From: Sphyrna mokarran
Lineage: Eukaryota
Assembly (NCBI GenBank): GCA_024679065.1
Contig: JAGIQG010000026.1
Location: 28,086,001-28,150,000, forward strand
Reading direction: 5' to 3'
Length of the DNA: 64,000 bases
Program-made: the position numbers and the translations under genes
The notes under the pieces: generated by a model
Told to the model about the DNA's origin: nothing
The model's input: the letters and a program-made list of their open reading frames with translations, nothing else
Databases searched by the model: none
In this document: positions 13,211 through 26,200 of the stretch, piece by piece
How the letters are laid out: each line of letters starts with the position of its first letter
Position numbering within the stretch: the stretch's first letter is position 1

Positions 13211-14076
13211 CAAGTTTCCACAAAATTTATGAAGACTGAGTTGCCCAAACATCAGGATCACCCTCAATCTCCACAGTTGAGTCCAAAAATAAGTAAAGCA
13301 CATTTGGCACTGGCACAGTTGCAGGAATTGACGGAAAGGTTACATATTGACCCCAAGTCACTCCTTATAATACACAGCATCTCCATTGCAAGTCCTCAGC
13401 TGTGCCTCCTCACGGCGACACATGAAAATTGGGTCCATCATGGCACCAGACTAAAGATTCAGAGGAACTCAAGAGATTTGGGTTCTCAGATGTACAATGT
13501 ACAGAATCACTGGCATGTGGGCAGGCCCTGACATTCATCAACCAAACTCCCAACTATCAGCTAATAACTCCACTGCCTTTTGGACATCCCAGGATAACAG
13601 AAGGCTAAGGTTATAAACCCTGAGAAAAAACCTGGATTGAGTCCAACAACAGATTCATGCATCAATATAATGCAAATTCCAACAGTGATGGTTGTGTATT
13701 TAACTGAAGCATATAGGTTTAACTCTCATCCAATTTTCTACCTCACTTATGTCAGAGAACTACAAAGTCTTTACTAGTTTCTGTTGTATACCTTTGTCTG
13801 TCAATATACTGAAATCCAAAGGATTGTAAAAGACCAACTGCCTATTTGGTAGCAAATACACAAGACCAGACAGATGTAAGTTTAATATGATCAACATGCA
13901 ATCTTGAAAAAAAGGCACCAAGATCCATACTTAGCCAGTTTTACTTGAGTTAGGTCAGTCAACATTTAAGAAATAAAATGTATGTAGGCCACATCTGTAT
14001 TGTTGTTAGACATTTACAGATGTTTACATGTTTCAAAACTCAAGAAATTCCAATTGCTTCCAGCCGTGTTACATAC

Positions 14077-14210
14077 CGTATGACTAACTGTGCCTGTAGA
14101 ACTGTTGGTAGATGGAGTCTCTTCATCTGACGTGCTGTTCAAGGTTACAGAAGAAGCTGTGACACCTTCCTCAGTTTGTTTGCTCACACCATTGGTGCCA
14201 CTGCTGGCAA
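14077..14210 (-). CDS. RANBP3: RANBP3 coding exon (134 nt): (V)ASSGTNGVSKQTEEGVTASSVTLNSTSDEETPSTNSSTGTVSHT
   Basis: tatattccag|TTGCCAGC...CATACG|gtatgt; phase 1 to 0. SSGTNGVS matches human. Embedded in ORF 14014..14256. Confidence 0.9.
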
Positions 14211-17200
14211 CTGGAATATACGCAAATAATATTTCAATTAGATTCAAACAAGCCACTCTGAGTTTTGAATTACTTGAAAAAGTTCAGTTATCAGGATATG
14301 GCTGGAAGATAAGGTTATACAAGTATGCAGCATGTTCAGCATTGCATTTCCAAGTGACCCATCCACTTCACAAGACAGAATGTTGGCACACACAACAGAA
14401 GCAATCTAAAACTGGGAAGCAAATTCCTCAGATTGGATTTAGTAAACAAAACGGATCTTCTGTAATGCAAGGGATTGGATTGCAAATACTTGTAGAAATG
14501 CTCAGTTAGAAAAGATTTATTTTTTTTTTACACAAACTCAACTGTTTAAGTACTTTGAAGTAAAGTTGGTATGCTGGTTACAGCAGAAAGTTTTCAGTTA
14601 GAATTTAGTATAGTCATAGCTGATCCTCCATTTTTAATTATTTCTATTTCCTTGAAGTTGCTAAAACTGTAGAAACAACCATCATCCTGGACAGCCTCAC
14701 AGCATGACCATAGCCACATAAACCAACAATAAGTATGGGAAGGTAAAGTGGGTCCTGCTTCCTCCGTAACAACATAAAATTTCACACAACCTCTTTTCAA
14801 TGTTGTCCAACCCCTTTTTACTTTGATTTCAGCCTCAGTAGTTTATAAAGCACATTGTAAAATTGATACCAAGTTTTGCTGAAAACCTGGGCAACTAACA
14901 GGAATCACCATTTCACAGGTGTTTATCTGATGTTACATGTTCCTATTCCAAGTGTCATCGTGCTAGTGAGAACAGCTTTGTTGAATTTACCCAGTATTTC
15001 TTCTGTGACTCCCACTTTGGAGAGTGTCCTGGGTACTCAGTACCAAGGAAATTTAGTGAACAGGAGCGTGCCATTCTGCAGCCTTTCTGTACTCCCAGCT
15101 GCAGGATTATAATTGAAGGGCGGAACTATCAAGGAGGAAATATAGGGAAAGTCAAGACATTTACAGTTTGGGTAGGTGATACTTCTCATCTAACCAAGCA
15201 ACCCAAATTGTAATCCAAGAAATATCCTTCAAAGTAAATCTTTACCTAGCTGTGTATTTGTAAAAGCCAAAAGAAAATGATTTCCTTATTAAAGCTCAAG
15301 GGTTCAGATGTTTATAACGATGTATATACATTTCATTTTCTCAACTGAGAAGTACTTCAATCAGATGATGATGGGTCAAGCTTATGACATGGAAGAATTA
15401 CTAAATTTTAGTCCACAGCATCACTAAGAGGTTGTTAAAAACATTAAGCTGAAAGCAAAGATTCAGGTTTCAATTTCCAAATGGGACTCTACAAAATTTA
15501 AATTTTTTGATAAATATCAGTAATGAATATTTATAATTGGTTATTACCTACGCACATAGCAAGATGACAAGTAGGGGTGTGTAGTTTTGGTCACTAGCTG
15601 AAGACTGACGTACTGGAAAGATTTCAGAGAAAAACAGTCAGGATGATTCCTATCCTTATGGCACTAAACATGCAATGTTTAATTAAACATTTTTGGTGTT
15701 CACCGATGAAAAAATTGAGGAATATACAAGACAGGTCTTTAAATTAATGAGCCACACAGAATTGGAAAATCAATGCACATGCCTCATGCAAAGTTAGAAT
15801 TTAGGAGTAAATAAATTCGCTAGGACAGTGAACATGTGTAACGAATGCCTAATTTTGAGGTGGTGGACGGGCTAAGGCTCTCTTAAACGAGAGCTGGATC
15901 TATGGAGAGAGGGCAACGTGTATTGTTGAGATATTAATGGGTCTATTTATATTTTTTCCAAGGAAACGTAAAGGAAGTAAAGAAAGCATTCTTCAAGTTA
16001 GAAGATCAATAATAGTTAGATAAGATGACAGTGGCTGTGCTGAACAACAGACTCTCAAAACAGCTTTGATGAAATAACTGTTTTTGACTCAGATTTTTGG
16101 GCATTCATTTTCAATAAAATTATTCTTTACAGGATTGAGAGAACATGGAATACTTTGTTAAGTGGAAATGCTCAGCAGGGCTGGCAGCATCTGTGGAGAG
16201 AGAGAAAACAGAGTTGCTTTAAGTCTGTGGCCCTCCATCATAACTGACGAAAGATGACAGACTTGAAACATCAGCTCTATTTAAGTCTCCACTGAGTATT
16301 GCCAGGCATAGTAAGTATTAATAACATTTTCTGTTTTTATTTTGACTTTACAAGAAATAATAATTAACATAGAAGTCAAGGAAAATAGATACATCATTGA
16401 AACAACAGAACACTGGGGCTTCGCAATTATGTTTTGACTTCTCTAATGAAGAACCAGCACAGATAAAATAGACTGAGTTGCTTCATTCTGAACTGTAGTT
16501 TCGTATAGCAAGGACTGCACTGTATTCACTGACAATAAAGGATATCGGGTCATCAAGGTTATGAAAGGTGCAATATAATTGCAAGGTTTTCTTTCTCCCT
16601 GTCTCTGTAAACTTCCATGACTGCTAGTAAATCACAGTATGGGAATTCAGACTCAACATAAGAGGATCCTATCCCTTTCATATTAACTTTCCTAACTGGT
16701 GTGTGCATCTTTGAAGTAAAGCTCTGAATCTTGGTTATTTAAGTTTCATTCTTTAATGAACAACTTCTGTAAATTCTTCTCAAACAGCTTTATTCCCATT
16801 CTACAACTGTTCACTAACTAACAGCTCAGTACACAAAAATGCAAAAATTAAAGCATACATTTAGTTTAATCTGTACTAGCATTAGCTGCCACAATAGAAT
16901 ACTACAAAACATGCACATATATACCTGATATTGCACAAACTTGAGACTCCACTGATTGAAAAAACAAATAAAGAGCAGACAAATCCAGTAAAATTAATTA
17001 TAGCATTTATTGGTTTTGATTCAGATTGTTAAGTTTGCCAGAACATGGCTAAATATGTTGCAAGAGGTTCTGTATTTTTCTCAAAGAATGAGACATCAAC
17101 GTTGCAAAACTAATTGCACTCAAGCATGCTCCATCACCCTCATGCCATTTGTGGTCAAGAAACTTGTACAGAAATATTTACATGGACAACAGCAAGCAAC

Positions 17201-20200
17201 TTTCCAAAGCCATTGGATGTACGCAGAGCGAAATTATAACTGAATGAGTTTTGTGAAGTAAGCACTGAAAAGGACATCCAGAACCTACTCGTGACTGGAC
17301 ACAAATCATAACTGGATGGTTGGTCACGTTGCAGTTTTGCTACACCAGGATATACATCTTACATGGGATTGCAAAGGATATACACAAACATGCCAATTGG
17401 CCCCTTCAGCTTCATGTCCATCAATGACAGGAATTACATAAATAACACTATAAAAAGCATGGCTGATGCTTTAGAATCCCCAATTAACCAAAGGTTCTGA
17501 AGCTATTTGTGAAAGAGGTAGCTGTAATTTGCTATTAATATGCCAGTAGACCAATGTTGTTCTGTTGCATATGAAACATGGACAAGCTAAGTATTTTTTC
17601 ACATAGGAAACGTCAAAATACAGAATCTTTGGCCAAGAATAACATTCCTATACAACACACTCTTCATGTGTTAATTCTGAGCCAAGTAGTACATTCATGG
17701 ATACAAATCCCATTTTTCTCCACTGCACAAATATGTTCACCAACATTTCAAGAAAATGAGTCTATCAAGTTCAGATTCAATCCTGCAGGTATAAATATTT
17801 GCACATCACTCCGTCCAATGGAGAATTACAAAGATGGCAACAATAAACAAACAAATGTACAAAAAGGCAAACTACCTATTAAATGACTGGCAAAATGCTA
17901 CACCAATGAAAGCTTTGTCACAAACCATAACATTGGTTGATAAATCAGTACTGATCCATGCAATGAATGTCCATCATCTCCAGATCAAGAGAGTATAAGG
18001 TTTTTTTAAAAATTTATACAATATGCAACTTATATTTTAACAATCACTAAATGGGATTAGGAGCAATGCTTTGCTATCAACAGAGAAAGTAAAAGACTGA
18101 GTTTGGGAACTTACAAGAAATTCTGAAATTTTGAAACAAGAGGCCATAAGCATGGCCTGAAGTGTATTCAAATTCCTCTCTTCGTTCTTCAATTTTCATT
18201 TTATTGAGCACTGCTTTTCCCTCTACTTTTTCTCATTTCGTCCCTAATTTTATTACTTCTTTTACTGGTTTTCAGTGTTATTTTCTCTTTTGGATCCTGT
18301 TTTACCATTATTCTTTGATTCTATTGATTTCACTTGTTATAATTCTTTAATTCTTCATCTTAAAAAAATGTCCACTACTCATTCCTTTTATCCTCTTTGC
18401 TTTTTACTGCATTGTGTTGATTTTCTTCTTTTTCAAAGCCTGCAGGGATACAGAGTCTCCTCCACCAATTACAGCTGCCAAGGCATCAACAACAGTCGCC
18501 CTTGCTCCTACTGTGAATTGAGAACCCCAAGCACAAGTATCATTTAAGTCCAGCATAAGTTACTGCCAGTGAAAGGAACGTGCTAGGGAATGAGAGTAGC
18601 GCACATAGATTTGCGAAAAGCAAGCATATCATTTGGAGCTTGCAGATAGATGAAAATAATACATCACTTGCCCTCATTGAGGGCTATACCAAGTGTCCAC
18701 GATTCAACTAACTGCAGCACAATCCAGGGTGTTTTTCTTACGCATGTTATAATAATGATGATTATTCAGAGCCCTGCACTTCATGTTGTTTTTAGGTGAT
18801 TCAATGTTTCCCATATGTTCAATAATAATTGCCTTACTGGTTAGGCCCTGGTTCCTAACCACAGTATAAATGAAATTTTCTTTATGGTAGTTCATGTAGA
18901 TTCTCCAGTGGTTTAAAGTCTGAATCCTGGCTTTGTAAAGGGCAGGTTTCCCTTGGATGCTGTTTAAAGTATGTCAGCTGTTGAGTCGACTAGATGAACA
19001 GTCTGTGTATCAATGAAGGTTAAAGGTACATTCCCCTACAATTTAAAATTTTAACAGGGATATTCTCAAAAATAATCCTGGCCTTAGCTTAACAAAATAA
19101 GGTTCATTGGTGCTTTCATCAAGATCAATCCTTTGCAGGAGGATGATTTGAATGTTAATATTGGGAAAGGAGATATGAGAAAAGGAAAGAAAAAAAAAAA
19201 AGAGCACAGAATGGAGAAATTTGGGAGTTTCCAATTCTAGCTGACTTAGCTGGAGTTGGGAACACAGAACATTTCAGAGTGAGCCAATCCTGACCATTGG
19301 CAAGACTCAACATAAAGACCAATGAAAAAAATATTTCTACTAAAGCAAACATCTCAAAATTTGAATTCATATTTCAGGTGAGGTTTAGTCTGAGGATTAC
19401 ATTTAAATGTGATAAAAATTGTAAGGGGAATGCAACTTTAACAGCATATGCAGACTGGCAACAAAACTTCTGAGAGGTTAGACAGTAGAAAGAGGAATTG
19501 CAGTTCCAACCAGTTACCGTTTTGTGTAAAGGACTTCGGCTGGGGTGGCTGCAGGACAGCTGGACGTAGGACGCTCCGCTGCTGCTCCTTGGACTTCTGA
19601 TTAGGAAGACCTGCAAGACCAAACAACTGATTTTACATCACCTCAGCTTTGTTTTTATTCAAGCATGCTGCTTTGAATAAAGCTGCAATTCTAGTACAGT
19701 ACAACACTGTGTTGTAATGTTAAAGGAGAACTGTTCCAAAACAGTCACTCCTCCCACTGAACAATGTTCAGGTACAGATCCTGTTGCTAAAAAGCAGAAC
19801 AGGGACAGTGTGCAACTTGCAACACTGAATGATGAATTTTACTGGCAGAAAAGCATCTCTTACCAATCTACACAAACAACCTCTAGCCAGGTACATTTCC
19901 ACAAGGTAAGGAAAGCTGCAAGTAGAGGCAAGCTTAATATGGGAGATTGAGCAATGATGCCCTGCGCTGATTAGCAAGATGTTTAAACATCAGCATTGTA
20001 GTTTAATACCAAAAAGATGCCTAACAGAAAAGAGGAGACAGTCATTGCTATCGTACAAAAGTTCAGAAACTGAAGATTTAACCCTCTAGTATCTGCATCA
20101 TTGAAGCTTCCCCCTCCGTGGTTGTCAAAATGTCGCAGACAAACAAACATAAGTTTATGGCAATTGCAAAGTGATTCACCAGTGTATATCACAAAGTAAG

Positions 20201-23200
20201 TGGTCAAATGACCAAGTCGAAATGTGGAACAAGATTGTGCATGTGATCATCGCTTGCAGTATAATCTATTAGTATGGGGATGAAGAAGATTTCAAATACT
20301 TACCTCTAATACAATTCCAGCTCACTATAGTTTCTGCTATAGGAACTGCCACGATAGACACAAAAACTGTGCAACATATTGCATTATAACATGGTGAACG
20401 CAGAGGATGTGCTTCAATTTGTGAATACAATGGCATCAGATTTTTCAGCCAACCTTTAAAATGGACTTCAGGATCCCATTTGATAGGCAACAGGTGCTCT
20501 TCTTCAAAGAGTGCAGCCCTGAATCTCCCTTAAGGTGTTCAACAGACACAGCCATGTTTCAGTTCCATTAGTGAAACTGAACGCATGAACAGCAGCAACT
20601 AATTCCCTACAACAAACACATTTTTAAAGCATTTCAATTGGAGTCAACATCAAATTCAAATGGGCTTGCTTGTTTACGTCAAATAATTATTTCTGTGGTG
20701 CAATAACTGCTGTGAACATAATACAGCAGTATGATATTCTACCCAAAACCCAAAAAACCATTATAAAACAAAGATTCCACATTCTTTATGATCAAGTCAC
20801 CGAAGTCCTATATAAATTTTTATATGCCTGAATTACAGATATATAGAACATCTGAACTATTTTAACAACAACTTGCATTCATGCTTTCCTCCAACCCACG
20901 CCTCACATGCTTTCCTGTAACTGTGTTGTTGTCAGAGAAAGTATCATTTCAGAAAAGAGAAAACATTGACACCTCAGAAGCTACATCGTAATAAAATACA
21001 TCAATTTTTATGTTTTAAAAATGAAGCCCATTTTTAAAATTGCTCTGCATATAACCAAGGTATAGTTTACTGACATTATCAAAAGATGTTGATAGAAATT
21101 ACAAGACAGCTCATTTAGCCTGCTGTGCTTGTGTTGGCACCAGCACTTCAAGAACTACCTCATCTAATCTAGCCTGTATCCTTTCATATTGTTTCTTTTC
21201 AAATGCTTATTTAATTTTATTTTGAATCAAGTTATAATGTTTGCTTCAACAAGAATGTGAGTAAGCATTCCTTACCCCAATATGTGAAAAGAATTCTAGT
21301 GATAATGAATCCAACTCCATAACAATTTACTAATCACTGAAAATAAGATTTTGATTTACCTTTACAACACCTCCTATAATTTTGAAAATTCAGATTACAT
21401 TCCTCAAGACTCCCAGTCCTGGTCAAAAGCCCCATTTTGAGATTTCTTTCATAAATATAACTAAATTCCCATATAATTCTTTGTTTGGTCTTTTCATATC
21501 TGTACTATTGTTTCTATAAGGTGTCCAGAACTGCCCAATGATCATTTCATACAGGGCTTGGAACTCCTATTGTTCATAATATTTGTGAAAGATATTGACT
21601 GGACTCAAGCAGTAGCTAATAACAGAATGATTACCTTCAAATGGTCTCTGGCTGAAATGTGTCAAGTCACATTTTATCTAAATATATATCAGAGAATGGA
21701 TATAGCAGGAGATTACAGCAAACATGTAAAAGATTAAATCTGAGACGGATGCGTGGAATTAAGCAGAGCCTAGTTCAGCAATACACAAAGTATCTCCTCT
21801 CACATGGAGAGCACGAGTCAAAATTTAGGGAAGGGACAGCATCCAAATTTATCTTTAGATAAATTAAATTCAAAATCAGGTCGGGGAAGTCAAAACAAAA
21901 ACAGCTCCTGATGCCCGCCAGTTACAGAAAGCATCGAATGAATCAGTGGACATTTGATTCATTCCAAATAACTTTGAATCATGGGAAATATAGGCACCCG
22001 ATGAGCTTATAGAATTTGGATCTGTACCTGGTAGAAATTTGCCAGGCTCAGAAGTAGGCGTAGCAGGTGGATCACCACTCTGCTTACTGAGAGACCACAG
22101 AGGCCGAAAATGTAAAGAATTTAGCTTATTAATCATATCCCGAAGCAGGTATCTAATATGAGGCAGTCACCAGTAAGCAAAATTGGTTACTACATGGCAC
22201 CTGGGAGATGCTGAACTACAAGTCCAAATGTTATATTTGTACAAATCAACGCTGAAACCAATTCTGAAGTAACTTTTTTTAAATGACTATCTCAAACTTC
22301 ATGCAGACACATTTGAAAGGATTTGGGTAGCAGTGCTCAGAAGGATTTCAGGAAGAAGGCAATTAAATAATAAAGATTTAAGCTATTAAAATGTTTTTTT
22401 GTTGAAAATTTTGTTTAGAAGAGCCTTGATGCAGGGGTCTTCAAAATAATTTGTAGTGTAATGTTGGAGCTTTTGAAATATGGATAATCAGCATAAAACT
22501 GCAGCACAGAAGAGCAAAATTCAAACATCTCAGGTAAGATTATTGAAAAACCTACTCAAAGAAACAGGCATAGAACAGATTCCAAGAGATAATAATTTTA
22601 GTTGGTCCCATATCTGTTGAAGATAGATGGTAATAACAATGCTCAAGCCTCTTCAAAGCACGTAGGGAAGTTTTCTTGGCAAATCACATAAAAACAGTAG
22701 AAGGAGTAAGCTTGATGAATTATGCGGTTCAACACAGATTTTAAAGGCTTCATGACCCATTTGTTACCCAGAAATTGTATTGATATTCAAAGCATATCTT
22801 TTGAGATACTGAATTTGCATAAACTGTTTCTAATGGAAAGCTCTATTACCCTACATACTATCCCCAACTCATCAACATCTACCCCAGATAAATTTCAAAA
22901 CTGGATTAATTTTAAATGAGAAAGTTTTCCAGCCTTTTTTACATCAATGTAAAAGTATTTTTCTTTACTGATTTGTGGATAGGATCCTTGCACTGTGAGA
23001 ATTCTCACAAATAAATAATTTATGGAATAGCTGAGTAGGTTTTTTCTCTTCCTCTTACAAGTTTAAGGTCATCTTAAAGAAACATTAAAGTAGTCACGAG
23101 TGGAAAGAAACTGGTTTACTCCTGCCAACAGATGGAGAATTCTCATTTAATTTTGTCTTAATGGTTTGACACGTGACTTGTGTAGCACTCCCTGCAAGAA

Positions 23201-26200
23201 ATATTTCCTTTGTTAAGCCCTTTTTTCTGGATTCTAAATAGAACCAGAGAATGAGATAAAAAAGTTACATTTCCTAGGCATTCTCTTGACCACAAATGTC
23301 AAGTGGTTGGATGTTTGCATAGTGAGAGCTACTTTATTTTCTTAAAACAGTTTGGAGCATGTAATATCCATAATTAGATTTGTATTCAACCATTCAATAT
23401 TCATAGCAATACAACTGCATTCAAGGTAATGGAATCATAATGAAAACTAAGTTACTTATAAAAAACAATCGTTTACAAAGCTTTGCAATTTAAACTGTGA
23501 TATGGCAACAGTTTGAAAATCCACCTGCAGAATTATAACTAAAGCCTAACCAAGTCTCAAACAAAATCATGCCTTAAAACCTAGTGTTTGTCTGCCTAAA
23601 AATCAGACCCAAATAGGAAATTGGGAGGATAAAATGAAAGCAAACATTAAAATCTGTTCAGCTACTTTTACTGCAAACATAGAATACTGTGGATTAATCT
23701 TGGTTAATTGGTGATATACGGCAATATTGGCAAAACTGGAGCTGCATGCACATTGGCTCGACAATGAAAACTGAGGCTTTATATAGAATTACCACAAAAG
23801 AAATGATGCAGCAGCCCAAAAGTAATTTTCCTATCAATTTAGTGAAAGATGGTCTACTTTAAATTATTTAGCATTACCAGGATCAATACACAAGCTGCCA
23901 ATCTAAATATATATATATATATATACACACCAGTGGAAGATATCCACAAATCCTCCCTTCAGCCGCCTTTGAACATCAATATAAAAACTTGGTTTATTAA
24001 TTGAGAATTTCTAAGAAATTAATCCTTCAAAACTGTATCAAATGAAAATACTCTTTCATAGGAACTCTCTCTCATGATTTACTAATTTCCCAGATAGAAT
24101 TGAAGAATACAAGGTCTACACCACAAATAAGAATTATGCCTCCATTCAAAATATCACACAACTACAAAATTAAAAATGTACCATTTTAATGCTAATCCAC
24201 TCTTTCCAAATACTTGCTTTCTAATAACTGTTCTGAAGTGAAACACTGAAAAAAATTATATGCAAGATAACATCAGCCACATGTCTGTCAAACTGGAAAA
24301 TACTCAATTTCAGTTGACTGCCTATGCAAACTAATTGTCCAATGAAAGAGGACAGTTACAAGATTCATAATTCACTCGTGTTCATAAATACAGTAACAAA
24401 AGCAATCAAATGGTGTGATGAAAGAAAACTTCACATTTCCCCAATGTAATGCTATTAAGTTACTTCACTGATATTTGATGATTTTGTTAGAGAGTATTTA
24501 CAGACACACAATGCAATCTGACATTGTGGTAGAGACTAAGCCATAGTGACTATCACTTATCGCATTTAGTTAAAAAGTGTTTGAACAGTACTCATTAGTT
24601 CCTTTTTAAAAAAGGACAAGCCTGGTTTACATCTAGTAAAACACCTTTTAGTTTGGATGCCCAATTCATACCTATATTCCACATTAAGAGTTTTTACTTT
24701 AAGACTGTATAATTTCTCTGATGTGATACGCTACAACAGAAAGAAAATAACACGATGAATGTTTTCTAGTAGACAAATTCCAGTTTCAAAAAGGAAAAAT
24801 ACAATTAGTATTGAATGTTTTCAACTCTGCTCTAAGTTGTTGATACATAAAACATACATGAGCATTCCTATGGACACAATAGAGTCATATGACTAGCAAG
24901 CAATAAAGAGGGTATTGTGGAAATTTACTACAATGATTATGTGGAAACACAAATATGAAGATATGGAAATTGGGACTATTTTTACGAGGATATAAAAAAA
25001 ATTAAGAAATCATTTGATTAGGATGTTTAAAATTATTGAAGGATATTAACAGAAACAAATTGTTTCCAGTTGAGGGGGTAGAACTGGCAGGTATAGATAA
25101 TATTTGACGTGCAAGAGATTTAGGGTAGAGGTATGAATACATCACAAGGTTTGGGATTGAAGCAGTTATTGTTTCAATATGTAAGAATAGATATCAGTAA
25201 GGGGAACGAAAAGATGAGACAACAAACCCGACATAATACTGGAGAATAAAAATCAGTCTGAACATCTGTATCAAGACCTGAATAATATTCAGGCATGGGC
25301 TCGGTAGCAAATGACATCCATGCCACACAAGTGTCAGGCAATGAGCATCTCCTGACAAGCCATCACTCCTTGATATTCAATAGCGTATCATCTCTTAATT
25401 GCCGAGGTCAACATCCTAGAAATTACCAGTGAGCAGAAACTGAAATGGACCTGCCATATGAATACTGGAGCTACAAGAACAGGTTCAAAGGGTGGAAATT
25501 CTGCAATGAATAACTCAAAATCTTCGAACTTCCTTCCTACAGCATTGTGGCTGCTTCTTCATCATGTGGATTGCAGTGGTTCAAGGTAGTGGCTCACTAC
25601 CACTTTTAAAGGGAAAGTGGGTAATAAATGCTGGTCTACCCAGTGATACCAACAGCACAAGGACAAATTTTTTAAAAATCTGAAGTGTTTGGGGCAGATC
25701 ATCTGCTTCTATGTTGCAAATTATGTGCAATTTTATTCCTTTCTACAATAAAGTTGGACTGTTTAACATGGTAGAGGAGCACAGTGATTGATTTTCAAAG
25801 GGCTTGAGATGCATATTATCGAAAGATTACCTTTCAGAGACTGTCTACCCACACTGTCACCAAACTACTGGGGCACAGTTACATTTCATTGATGCAACTG
25901 AATTAGTTCATTCATACAGAAGACAACTGGTTTTTCACTCCCATTATTTCAAGTTTCCAAATAATGAATAGACCTCAAAAGTTCTAAAAATATTCCCAGC
26001 CACAAAGTTCATTACAGTATTCTAATCAATTTAGGCAGAAAATCCAAAAGTTGGCTTGTGCTAAGAGATCTAATATTAGGTATACATTTAGATCTGCAAA
26101 ATTTACAAAAGATATGATGAGGTCAAGGTTGTTTCCAATGGTAACAAGCCATTGCGCTCAATTCAACATCAGCATTACATTGGCTATAGCAACATAGCCT

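Noticed and set aside
14014-14509. ORFs 14014..14256 (-) and 14090..14509 (+) as stand-alone genes
   Set aside because: The minus ORF is a RANBP3 exon read through its splice sites; the plus ORF is its antisense shadow.
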